Shown here: positions 48,465 to 57,644 of the stretch, in pieces
How the letters are laid out: every line of letters starts with the position of its first letter
How positions within the stretch are numbered: position 1 is the first letter of the stretch
DNA from: Spirochaetia bacterium
GTDB taxonomy: Bacteria > Spirochaetota > Spirochaetia > CADAEX01
Assembly: GCA_963662795.1 (NCBI GenBank)
Contig: OY759746.1
Location: forward strand, 640,001-704,000
Reading direction: 5' to 3'
Length of the DNA stretch: 64,000 nucleotides
The notes under the pieces: model-generated
Databases searched by the model: none
What the model was told of the DNA's origin: nothing
What the model saw: the letters and a program-made list of their open reading frames with translations, nothing else
Position numbers and translations under genes: made by a program

Positions 48465-49601
48465 TTATTTATAATATACTGTACCTTGCATGATCAGCCT
48501 GGCTGTCCTGTAGCCTACTGCCCACGCAATATTCAGATCACCCTTATTTTCCCGTTCAGCAATTACCCCTGCAGGAATAATGCCTCCGGGATGCCCGATC
48601 AATACTGATTCCGGATTAAAACCGGATTTTATAAATCTGTTTACTATTGTACCCTCAATTACCGCGGCTCCTGCCGTACAGAGGGCGCCGGTAAGGGCGT
48701 ATGTCTTGTGTGTCTTCTGCATTGACATCATTCTTCCGGTTATATCAATTTCTTCTTTTGATATTTTAATACCTGATGCTGAGGTATAACTTTTGGATTC
48801 TGAAATGATTGTCATTTTAGGAACTGCGGGTGATTTGACAGAAGACTGATCAGGATCATCAATAAATCCCAATAGGTGTGCAGCTACCCCCCTTATTCTT
48901 TCAATCCGTTCAAGCATGGCAGGATTTGAGTCAATTGCATCAGGCAGTTCTGTCCCTTCAAGTCCTGCATCTTCCGCTTTAACAAATACAGCCGGATTTG
49001 TGACATCAACAATAGATATTCCGATCTTTCCGATTCCCTTAACATCAATAATGTCATAAGGACTCCCGGTAGGCAGAAGTGTCCCGGTAACCGCGCCTGC
49101 AGGATTCATAAAAGCCAGTTTGATTTTTGAAGCTGTTCCCGGAACACCTGATATTGAAAAATCACCGTAATACTCTACCCGCCCGCCGGGTGTCGGAACA
49201 TAGGAATGAATAATCTTGTTGGTATTTGTATTATATATTCTTACCACTGTTTCAGGGTTTACTGCTTCTACAAGGCCTGCCTCAAGTGCATAGGGACCTA
49301 CTGCTGAAGACATATTGCCGCAGTTGCCGTTATAGTCAACTATAGGTTTGTCTATTGATACCTGCGCGAAAGTATAATCCACATCAGCATCTGCCCTCTC
49401 TGATCTGGAAATAATCGCAACCTTGCTTGTCGTGGATACAGCGCCGCCCAATCCGTCTATCTGCCGGATATCCGGGCTTCCCATAACGCTTAATAAAAGA
49501 GAATCACGGCTGCCGCCTTTTTCAGGAAGCAGCTCTTCCCGGAAAAAAACTCCCCTGCTTGTGCCGCCCCTGAAAATTGTACATTCAATCTTTTTCATCA
49601 T
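48465..49601 (-). CDS. prpF: PrpF-family isomerase (aconitate/methylaconitate/methylitaconate isomerase-like)
   Basis: RGGTSRG, QIDGLGG..STTSKV, GNCGNM (catalytic Cys), HPGG, RTAR. Confidence 0.88.
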   Translation of the reverse strand: MMKKIECTIFRGGTSRGVFFREELLPEKGGSRDSLLLSVMGSPDIRQIDGLGGAVSTTSKVAIISRSERADADVDYTFAQVSIDKPIVDYNGNCGNMSSAVGPYALEAGLVEAVNPETVVRIYNTNTNKIIHSYVPTPGGRVEYYGDFSISGVPGTASKIKLAFMNPAGAVTGTLLPTGSPYDIIDVKGIGKIGISIVDVTNPAVFVKAEDAGLEGTELPDAIDSNPAMLERIERIRGVAAHLLGFIDDPDQSSVKSPAVPKMTIISESKSYTSASGIKISKEEIDITGRMMSMQKTHKTYALTGALCTAGAAVIEGTIVNRFIKSGFNPESVLIGHPGGIIPAGVIAERENKGDLNIAWAVGYRTARLIMQGTVYYK

Positions 49602-49630
49602 ATTACTTCACCCTTAATTTCTTTATCAGT

Positions 49631-51562
49631 TTAACGGCCGCCGGCAGATGCATAATTAAGTGCGCCGCCGGAGAGAATTATTTCTTTCTGTCTTTTTGTG
49701 AGATTACAGACAGTATTGATTTCCAGACCCTTAGTAATGTTTTTTACAACAACATTTTCCCGGTCAGTAAGTAAATCAAGATTATCAATTTCAATCCTGT
49801 CGCCTGTCTCAATTTTTTCATAATCGTTTTCGTTTTGAAAAAGAAGCTGAAGAATGCCGAAATTAACAAGATTCGCGGAATGGATCCGCTCAACACTTTT
49901 AGCCAGCAGGACCCTTACACCCAGATGCATCGGGCATATGGCAGCATGCTCACGCGATGAACCCTGCCCGTAACTTAACCCGGCAATAATAACTGAGTGC
50001 AGACCTTCTGCAGAATTATTTTTACAACGTCCGGCGAAGTCAGGATCAATATTATGAAAAACATATTCAGAATATTTAGGAATATTTGATCTGTATTTCA
50101 GATACTGGCCTGCAGGCATTATATGATCTGTAGTAATCTTGTCCCCAACTTTTATGGCAGCGGCTGCTTTTAAATTTGCAGGCATCCCGGTATTTACCGG
50201 AGGATTACCGATATTTGGACCTCTGAAAACTTTAATTTCTTTTCTGCATGACGGTTCTATAATCAGCCCGTCGTCAATTATGAATTTTTCAGGCACTGAT
50301 ACTGAAGGATAAGGGATATCAAGACTTCGGGGATCAGTAATTACACCTTTAAGTGCGGATGCAGCTGCAATTTCAGGACTTACAAGATATACCTGCGCAT
50401 CTTTAGTGCCGCTTCTCCCTTCAAAATTTCTGTTGTTTGTACGAAGCGATACACCGCCGCTCTGCGGAGCCTGTCCGCAGCCGACACAAAAACCGCATGT
50501 AGTCTCAAGAATTCTCGCCCCCGCCTTTAAAAGGCTTCCCAGGCTCCCGTCATGTGCAGCCATTGCAAGAACCTGTTTTGAACCTGGCGCCAAACCAAAA
50601 CTTATCTCAGGATGAACCCTGCGCCCTGCAAGTATCCCGGCAATTACTGAAACATCCCTGTATGATGAATTTGTACAGCTGCCGGCAAGCACCTGATTGA
50701 CTTTAAGGCCTTCAATTTCACTTACCCGGCACACGTTATCCGGAGAATGCGGACAGGCTGCCATAGGTTCAATATTATCAAGCTCAATATCAATGATCCG
50801 GCTGTATAATGCATCAGCATCCGGCAATAGGGGCTTCCACTGATTTTCCCTGCCCTGGGCTTTGAAAAACTGCCCTGTTACTTCATCGCTCGGGAAAACC
50901 GAGGTCGTGACTCCCAGTTCGGCGCCCATATTTGATATTGTAGCCCGCTCAGGCACGCTCAAAGTCGGCAGACCTGAACCGCCGTATTCAAGGACTTTAC
51001 CGACATTCCCCTTTGTTGTAAGGAGTTTTAAAATCTGAAGTATTATATCTTTTGCAGAACACCAGGGTTTAAGATTACCGTTAAGATTAATCCTGATTAC
51101 CTGCGGATAGACAAAATAGTAAGGCCCTCCAGCCATAGCCACCGCTACATCAAGGCCCCCGACTCCCATTGCTGCCATTGCAGCTGCGCCGCATGTCGGA
51201 GTGTGGCTGTCAGAGCCTATCAGAACAGCACCCGACCGGCTGAAGCGCTCAAGGTGGACCTGATGGCATATCCCGTTACCGGGTTTTGAAAATTTTATCC
51301 CATACCTGTCTGCCGCAGTCTGTAAATACATATGGTCATCAGCATTTTCAAATCCATCCTGAAGAGTGTTATGATCAACATAAGAGACAGATTCGGTTTT
51401 TACCCTGTCTACATTCATGGATTCAAACTGCAGGTAAGCCATTGTGCCAAGCGCATCCTGGGTAAGAGTTTGGTCAACCTTTATACTGATTTCATTTCCC
51501 GGGATCATTTTTCCTGAAACAAGGTGTTCTGAGATTATTTTTTCAAATATGTTAAGACCCAT
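49631..51562 (-). CDS. Aconitate hydratase (single-chain ~640-aa type)
   Basis: QDALGTM, DHN, GICHQ, DSHT, GSCTN, CGFCVG, NRNFEGR, TTDHI, GSSREHAA. Confidence 0.92.
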   Translation of the reverse strand: MGLNIFEKIISEHLVSGKMIPGNEISIKVDQTLTQDALGTMAYLQFESMNVDRVKTESVSYVDHNTLQDGFENADDHMYLQTAADRYGIKFSKPGNGICHQVHLERFSRSGAVLIGSDSHTPTCGAAAMAAMGVGGLDVAVAMAGGPYYFVYPQVIRINLNGNLKPWCSAKDIILQILKLLTTKGNVGKVLEYGGSGLPTLSVPERATISNMGAELGVTTSVFPSDEVTGQFFKAQGRENQWKPLLPDADALYSRIIDIELDNIEPMAACPHSPDNVCRVSEIEGLKVNQVLAGSCTNSSYRDVSVIAGILAGRRVHPEISFGLAPGSKQVLAMAAHDGSLGSLLKAGARILETTCGFCVGCGQAPQSGGVSLRTNNRNFEGRSGTKDAQVYLVSPEIAAASALKGVITDPRSLDIPYPSVSVPEKFIIDDGLIIEPSCRKEIKVFRGPNIGNPPVNTGMPANLKAAAAIKVGDKITTDHIMPAGQYLKYRSNIPKYSEYVFHNIDPDFAGRCKNNSAEGLHSVIIAGLSYGQGSSREHAAICPMHLGVRVLLAKSVERIHSANLVNFGILQLLFQNENDYEKIETGDRIEIDNLDLLTDRENVVVKNITKGLEINTVCNLTKRQKEIILSGGALNYASAGGR

Positions 51563-51696
51563 AGAACAGGTACCTCCATGGCAGTAAACCGAATTATATT
51601 TTTTACGTTAACATGGCAATATCAATAAGTAAAATATTATATTTTTATTGCTTTCCATAAAAATATTTTATATCATCTCGCAGGGGGAGATGAATT

Positions 51697-52578
51697 ATGG
51701 ATGAACGGGACTGGATAATGCTTAAAACAATCGCAGATGAGAAAAGTATTACAAAAACCGCGGAAAAACTGTATATATCTCAGCCGGCAATTACGTACAG
51801 GCTCCGGGCAATGGAAAACGAGTTTAAGTGTAAAATAGTTTTCAGGACTTCCAATGGAGTAATGCTCACTCCCCAGGGAGAATTCCTCCTTTCCCATGTC
51901 AGGGAGATGATTCTCAAACTTACAAAAACAAAAGAGCGGGTACAGAGCATAAGCGGCAAGGTAAGCGGACCGCTGCGCATAGGATCATCCGCAATTTTTG
52001 CAGCCTTTATACTGCCGGATCTTCTGCAGGGATTTCTGGAAAAATATCCCGAAGTTGAAATATTTCTCAATACAGGAAGAAGCAGGGAAGTAACAAAAAT
52101 GCTCGGCAATGAGGAAGTTGCAGTTGCTATAGTCCGGGGCGATTATCCATGGAAAGAGAAAAAACTTTTTTTGCGCGAGGAAAATATCTGTCTTGTCTCG
52201 TGTGCCAGGCTTGAAATTGAGGAACTGCCTGAAAAACCCAGGATTATATACAGCACCGATTCGTCGCTGCAGAAAATGGTTGATGACTGGTGGCATGAAA
52301 CCTTTTTCAAGCCGTCTTATGTATCGATGGCAGTGGATACCATGGATATCTGCCGCAGGATGGTAAAAAAGAACCTGGGCTGGGCAATTCTGCCTGATAT
52401 CGGTATGAGCGAGCTTGGCGGGATTCATAAAACAAATCTTTACTGGAAAGACGGGAAGCCTGTAGCGAGGCGTACATGGCTTTACTGCCACAATTATTCA
52501 CTTGAGCTGCCAGCCGTAACAGCGTTCATCGCATATCTGGAAGAAAACATCAGCACGATTCAGGAAAAATATTCATGA
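51697..52578 (+). CDS. LysR-family regulator (divergent from the aconitase operon)
   Basis: SITKTAEKLYISQPAITYRL HTH, LysR substrate domain. Confidence 0.93.
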   Translation: MDERDWIMLKTIADEKSITKTAEKLYISQPAITYRLRAMENEFKCKIVFRTSNGVMLTPQGEFLLSHVREMILKLTKTKERVQSISGKVSGPLRIGSSAIFAAFILPDLLQGFLEKYPEVEIFLNTGRSREVTKMLGNEEVAVAIVRGDYPWKEKKLFLREENICLVSCARLEIEELPEKPRIIYSTDSSLQKMVDDWWHETFFKPSYVSMAVDTMDICRRMVKKNLGWAILPDIGMSELGGIHKTNLYWKDGKPVARRTWLYCHNYSLELPAVTAFIAYLEENISTIQEKYS

Positions 52579-52590
52579 CTTTTATTCAGG

Positions 52591-53220
52591 TTATTCAATC
52601 TGCAGATCCCCTGCAATATCAATGCTGCAGTTGTAGTCTGCAGGGGATGTTTTTGAATTAAAGGCAATCACAGGTACCAGGCCTTCCTGGATTGAGCTAT
52701 GGGAGGGTACAGATATATATGCATCAAATATTCAATTATGAAAACATACTGGATATCTGATCCCTTTTCTTATATTGTTTGATGAAGGGCGCGGTAAAGC
52801 AGGTGGTTAATAGACGCTGAATAAATTTTTTCAGCCCTGTCGGTTTTACACACAAGTCCGCAATTGGATCCCCGGCAGATACGAAAAAAGAGATTCCCTG
52901 TTTCAGTTTCATTTTTGGTTTGTTTTTTAATGTAAATACCGCAGCCTTAAGGCGACCTGTAAGCATTTTGAAAAATATTTTCAGCACAGAGGAATTCAGG
53001 CTATTTCGGATATGTACCGGCGTTATTTTCAGTAATTCCATGGACAGCAGGTCAGGCGCTGCATACTGTTAAAACGCTGTTTACATTTGAAACGGCTTTA
53101 TGACAGATAATACTTCACACTTCTTTCCTAAAGCCGGTTTTAATCTTTTGCCTGATACTGGATATATTAATAGTCAAAATATTGCCTGTTTCCGGCATCA
53201 ATTAATAATTTTCTTTTCAC
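52591..53220 (-). pseudogene. Decayed copy of the phosphonoacetate hydrolase gene
   Basis: Colinear DNA similarity to 54290-55399 (start MKRKLLIDAG vs MKRKILIAVIDAG; end DIAGDLQ vs DIAGNLQ; shared gatgaagggcgcggta). Early stop, frameshifts and an internal deletion of roughly 480 bp. Confidence 0.85.
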
Positions 53221-53236
53221 TACAATCTGTTGTCAT

Positions 53237-54100
53237 TTACGCGTTGTTCATCAGGGCGCTTACCTCATCATGCATTTTTTTCCACGCCTCAACGGTGTAG
53301 TCCGGGCCATAGGAAAAAGGAGGAGTTTCTATGCACATTGTCCCTTTATAATCCAGTTTCCTGACTTCCTTAAAGAACTCCTTCCAGAAAAATCTGCCGT
53401 GCCCCGGGGCAAGATGGGAATCCCTGTCTCCGGCATTGTCAGCAAGGTGGAATGCTATGAGTTTTTTCTTCATGAAATCAAAAACATCCATGGCCTTTTC
53501 ATGATGCGAGACAAGGGCATGTCCTGTGTCAAGGCAGAAACCAAGCTGCGGATGATCATAGCGCCTTGTAATTTCCTTAAGATGGTTTATATTGCTTCCA
53601 AGCCGGTCACCCATGTTGGGGAGCATATTTTCAACAGCTAATTTAAAACCGTAAAGTTCACAGTGCCTGAGCAGCGCTTCAAGTGTCTTCCCGAGCTGTT
53701 CCATCAGGCGCGGAAATCCCTCCTCTTCAGTAAGGCAGTCTTTCTTTGTTGTAGGATGAAGGATCCCTATTGACGCGCCGAGGATAACAGCCCTGTCAAT
53801 TTCTCTTTTCATTTTATACTCAACCTTCTTCCTGTCTGCCTCATAAAGGGCTGAGATATCATCTTTGACCGGGTCTGCAAAGGGAAGGTGATATGTTTCA
53901 ATTACAAGTCCTGCTTTTTTGAAAAGAGCACCTGCATCCTCAAGCTCTTTTTCCTTCAGTTTTTCAAACATGGCAGTGCAGCCTTCCATGCCGGCAAAAC
54001 CTGAATCAAGGCATATTTTTACAATCTGCTCAAAGCTCTTTCCTGTTTTCTGAAATCCTGAATTTACTGATGCAATGGTAAATCCTTTTATTTCCGACAT
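53237..54100 (-). CDS. Sugar phosphate isomerase/epimerase (AP-endonuclease-2 TIM barrel), copy B
   Basis: AVENM, CLDTGHA, HLADN...DSHLAPG.G, IE metal ligands. Confidence 0.85.
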   Translation of the reverse strand: MSEIKGFTIASVNSGFQKTGKSFEQIVKICLDSGFAGMEGCTAMFEKLKEKELEDAGALFKKAGLVIETYHLPFADPVKDDISALYEADRKKVEYKMKREIDRAVILGASIGILHPTTKKDCLTEEEGFPRLMEQLGKTLEALLRHCELYGFKLAVENMLPNMGDRLGSNINHLKEITRRYDHPQLGFCLDTGHALVSHHEKAMDVFDFMKKKLIAFHLADNAGDRDSHLAPGHGRFFWKEFFKEVRKLDYKGTMCIETPPFSYGPDYTVEAWKKMHDEVSALMNNA

Positions 54101-54289
54101 AGTAAATCCTCCATATGATAAATTTATTATACATTGATTTTTACAGGGATTGTATAGAAAAAAAACCTGTTGGCAGCCCTAAACCGGACAATTTTCTCAT
54201 TTCGTTTTAAAAAGAGCCGCTTTATAATTTATATGAGGAAGACAGCAGGGATCAATGTCCGATAGAGTTTAAGAAAAACCGGGCAATGG

Positions 54290-55399
54290 CTAATGCTGAA
54301 GATTCCCTGCTATATCAATGCTGCAGCTGTAGTCTGAAGGGGATGTCTTTGAATTATAGGCAATCACAGGGACGCGGCCTTCATAAGTTGAACCGTGTGA
54401 GCGGATTGATATCTCCCTTACATCCTCATCAAATTCGCTGAATACTGTATCAATATCGCCCAAGACCACTATATCACCGATTCTTTCAGGCATGAGATGG
54501 AAAACAGATGCAGCCTCTTCCCGGCTGTAAACCTTCTCAACGCCTGCGATGCTCCCTAAAATTGCCGAAGCTGATTCCCTTGTTTTATCAAATAAATTTT
54601 TATATTCGCTGTCCAGGTAGATATAGGCTATGCCGCCGAGGTTTTCATGGTGAACAACGTATTTATCTTTGATGACAGGTATGAACTCAGCTGATATGTT
54701 CTCCCTTGCAAGAAAATTGAGAAGATTAACTGCCCTGCTCTTGGGATTCATCCCGTGGTCAGCTGTCATGTAGACTTCCATATCGGGATAATCATTTAAG
54801 ATCATTCCAAGGACAGAATCAATACCGTTCATATGGGATATTGATACTTCGTGTTCAGGCGGATATTTATGCATTACATAATCAGTAGTGGAAATATAAT
54901 GAATATCAAAATCCTCTTCCTTCATTTTATGATGAAGGGCGCGGTACAGCCAGTGGTTGATACCGGCAGAGTATACATCTTCCGCAGGACCGACAGCACT
55001 TACAAGCCCCGGAGCCGGATTCTCGGCAGAAACAGAGAATGAGGCACCCTGCTCAAGCATCAGCTTAAGTTTGTTTTTTGACGTAAAGACAGCAGATTTC
55101 AGGCCGGAGCGGGCGGATTTCTGAAACAGGTTTTCAGCCAGCAGGAATTCCGGAGATTCCATATATGTGCCGGCACCGGTTTGGGGATTGTGCCAGTAAT
55201 TTGCCGTTATTCCATGAACTTCCGGCCAGGCGCCGCATACAATCGATACATTGTTTACATTTGTGACTGAAGGGATAACAGATGATACTTCTTTCATAAA
55301 TCCGCTTTTAATCATCTGCCTTATATTGGGAATATCTGCAGACAGAAAATATTCACTGCTTCCCGCGTCAATAACTGCGATAAGTATTTTTCTTTTCAT
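54290..55399 (-). CDS. phnA: Phosphonoacetate hydrolase-like (alkaline phosphatase superfamily)
   Basis: PSVTNVNNVSI..G.WP.VHGI.ANY, STTDYVMHKY, TADHGM, RSHG match PhnA motifs. Confidence 0.8.
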   Translation of the reverse strand: MKRKILIAVIDAGSSEYFLSADIPNIRQMIKSGFMKEVSSVIPSVTNVNNVSIVCGAWPEVHGITANYWHNPQTGAGTYMESPEFLLAENLFQKSARSGLKSAVFTSKNKLKLMLEQGASFSVSAENPAPGLVSAVGPAEDVYSAGINHWLYRALHHKMKEEDFDIHYISTTDYVMHKYPPEHEVSISHMNGIDSVLGMILNDYPDMEVYMTADHGMNPKSRAVNLLNFLARENISAEFIPVIKDKYVVHHENLGGIAYIYLDSEYKNLFDKTRESASAILGSIAGVEKVYSREEAASVFHLMPERIGDIVVLGDIDTVFSEFDEDVREISIRSHGSTYEGRVPVIAYNSKTSPSDYSCSIDIAGNLQH

Positions 55400-55414
55400 T
55401 TCATCCCCCTGCGG

Positions 55415-56278
55415 TCACGCCTGATGCATGATGACGGAGACCTCATCATGCATCTTTTTCCATGCTTCAACTGAGTAGTCAGGGCCGTATGAAAACGGCG
55501 GCGTCTCTACACACATGAAACCACTGTAGTTTATTTTTTTAAACTCCTCTGCAAACTCTTTCCAGAAAAATCTTCCGTGGCCGGGAGCGAGATGAGAATC
55601 CCTGTCTCCGGAGTTATCCGCAAGATGAAATGCTATAAGCCGGTCCTTCATGAAATGAAAAACATCCATCGCCTTTTCATGATGGGAAACCAGGGCATGA
55701 CCTGTATCAAGGCAAAAACCAAGAAGAGGGTGGTCATTGCGTTTCAGAATCATCTCCAGATGTATTATTTTTGATCCCAGTCTGTCGCCGAGATACGGCA
55801 GCATGTTTTCCACTGCGATTTTAAAACCGTACTGCTCGGAATGCCTCAGTGTCCCCTGAATTGTCTTTCCTGCCTGCCCGAGAAGCCTGTCAAGTCCTTC
55901 ATCTTCTGTGAGGCAGTCTTTTTTTGAAGTGGGATGAATCACTCCGACAGAGGCCCCGAGCGCGACAGCAATATCTATATGCTTTTTCAGATTATTTTCT
56001 ACTTTTCTGCGGTCTGTTTCATAAAGGGTCGCAATATCATTTAAAAGGGGATCTTTATAGGGAAGATGATAGGTTTCAATTACAAGACCTGCATCCCTGA
56101 AAAGCTTCCTTATTCTTTCAAGCTCTTTAAAAGGAACTTTTTCGAAGAGATTAGGTCCCCCTTCAAGCCCTTCAAATCCAGACTTAAGGCATATATCGAC
56201 AATCTGCTCAAAACTTTTTCCGGTTCTGTCAAACCCGGAGTTTGCAGCAGCAATGGCAAATCCTTTAATTACTGACAT
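55415..56278 (-). CDS. Sugar phosphate isomerase/epimerase (TIM barrel), copy A
   Basis: Same motifs and same 287-aa length as 53237-54100. Confidence 0.85.
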   Translation of the reverse strand: MSVIKGFAIAAANSGFDRTGKSFEQIVDICLKSGFEGLEGGPNLFEKVPFKELERIRKLFRDAGLVIETYHLPYKDPLLNDIATLYETDRRKVENNLKKHIDIAVALGASVGVIHPTSKKDCLTEDEGLDRLLGQAGKTIQGTLRHSEQYGFKIAVENMLPYLGDRLGSKIIHLEMILKRNDHPLLGFCLDTGHALVSHHEKAMDVFHFMKDRLIAFHLADNSGDRDSHLAPGHGRFFWKEFAEEFKKINYSGFMCVETPPFSYGPDYSVEAWKKMHDEVSVIMHQA

Positions 56279-56545
56279 AATAATTCTCCTCTGTTTTATA
56301 AATTATAAATTGAGAATAAAAAAACCGATATGGGGGAATACACCCAATATCAGCTTAAAAATAAGTAATATGCTCATACCGCTTTGATTTTTATTACACT
56401 TGATTATCAAAGACCTGCTGTTATTATATTTAATGGCATTGCAATGGACCGTTGAATCTATAGCGGCTTTTTAATATATCACGCTACATTAAAAACGTTA
56501 GTTGTCTGCCCTGCCTGTTAAGGCGGAACTGAGTAGGAAAAATAA

Positions 56546-57544
56546 TTAAAAACCCGGAGTCGGGATAAGGCCTGCTTCAATCATGTACCTGAGAGCGCCC
56601 TTATGAAACGCAATAGGAACACCTTCCCTGTTATCCTTCCTGTTAATCAAACCAAGTGTATCAGGAACATACTGCTCAATAAAATCTGCATTTTCCCACC
56701 AGAGTTTTGTAATCCTGTAAACCACATCTTCCGGCATGGAATCCGAACAGACAGCCACACTTGGCGTCATAAGCTGCATCATCTTTTTCGAACCTTTTGA
56801 TTTATCTGAATCTTTGAGATAAAAATAGGGATAAATTTTTAAAAATTCCCTGATATTCTCATCCGGCTCAACCGGAACCAAAACATAATTTTCCGCTTTG
56901 GAATCTACAAAAAAAGGAGATTTCAGGTAGTTTTCTCCATACCCCAGGTCATACCAGATACAGTCCACTTCTTTGAGCATAAACATGCTGATACCGATAC
57001 TCTCGCGAATACGGTATATTTCTGTATTACTTCGGTTTATTCCATAAAACTGCAGCAGGAACTCAAGGAGATCTCCTGCAACTGAATTTTCTGAATTTAT
57101 TGCAATACTTTTTCCTTTTATATCTTCGATCTTACTGATACCGCTCTCAGTGTGCGCTATCAGACTGTATACAGCAGGCCACAACGCAAACAGGGCCCTT
57201 ATTGGCTGTGCTTTTTCCCAGTATACAGGATCTCCATAGTAGGCAAGGTTTGCTTCCGGCCCTTTTATAAAAGCGACCTGAGCCCTGTTTTCAATAAGCA
57301 TTCTTATTTTTTCATTCTCTATTATGGAAGAGGTGCTGTTAACACCTATAAATCCCTTGTCTGCAGTAATTAATCTTGACAGGGCAGAACCTGCAAAATA
57401 ATAAGAGCCTGTATTGTAGGATTTTATGATAAAGAAGATTCTGCTGCCGAGCGATTTCTGTGAATTTGCAGCTTTGCACCCGGCCGCAGTAAATGATGCG
57501 GCAATTAAAAAACTAATGAATATTACAATCGAAAATCTCTTCAT
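56546..57544 (-). CDS. TAXI-family TRAP substrate-binding lipoprotein
   Basis: Lipobox AAGC, TGSYY..G, DVVYRITK, FHKGALRY. Confidence 0.8.
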   Translation of the reverse strand: MKRFSIVIFISFLIAASFTAAGCKAANSQKSLGSRIFFIIKSYNTGSYYFAGSALSRLITADKGFIGVNSTSSIIENEKIRMLIENRAQVAFIKGPEANLAYYGDPVYWEKAQPIRALFALWPAVYSLIAHTESGISKIEDIKGKSIAINSENSVAGDLLEFLLQFYGINRSNTEIYRIRESIGISMFMLKEVDCIWYDLGYGENYLKSPFFVDSKAENYVLVPVEPDENIREFLKIYPYFYLKDSDKSKGSKKMMQLMTPSVAVCSDSMPEDVVYRITKLWWENADFIEQYVPDTLGLINRKDNREGVPIAFHKGALRYMIEAGLIPTPGF

Positions 57545-57644
57545 AAATCCATTTTACTCTGATAGATGTTTACAGTCCAGTTAAAACATTATACAAAAAT
57601 CATATGAGTGGCGTAAACCAGTTTTTAGGGATATAATAAAATTT

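Noticed and set aside
48465-51562. 2-methylcitrate cycle (AcnD/PrpF)
   Set aside because: The aconitase is the ~640-aa type rather than AcnD, and prpB/prpC are absent from the window
52736-53041. 101-aa ORF as a real gene
   Set aside because: Lies inside the frameshifted phnA pseudogene
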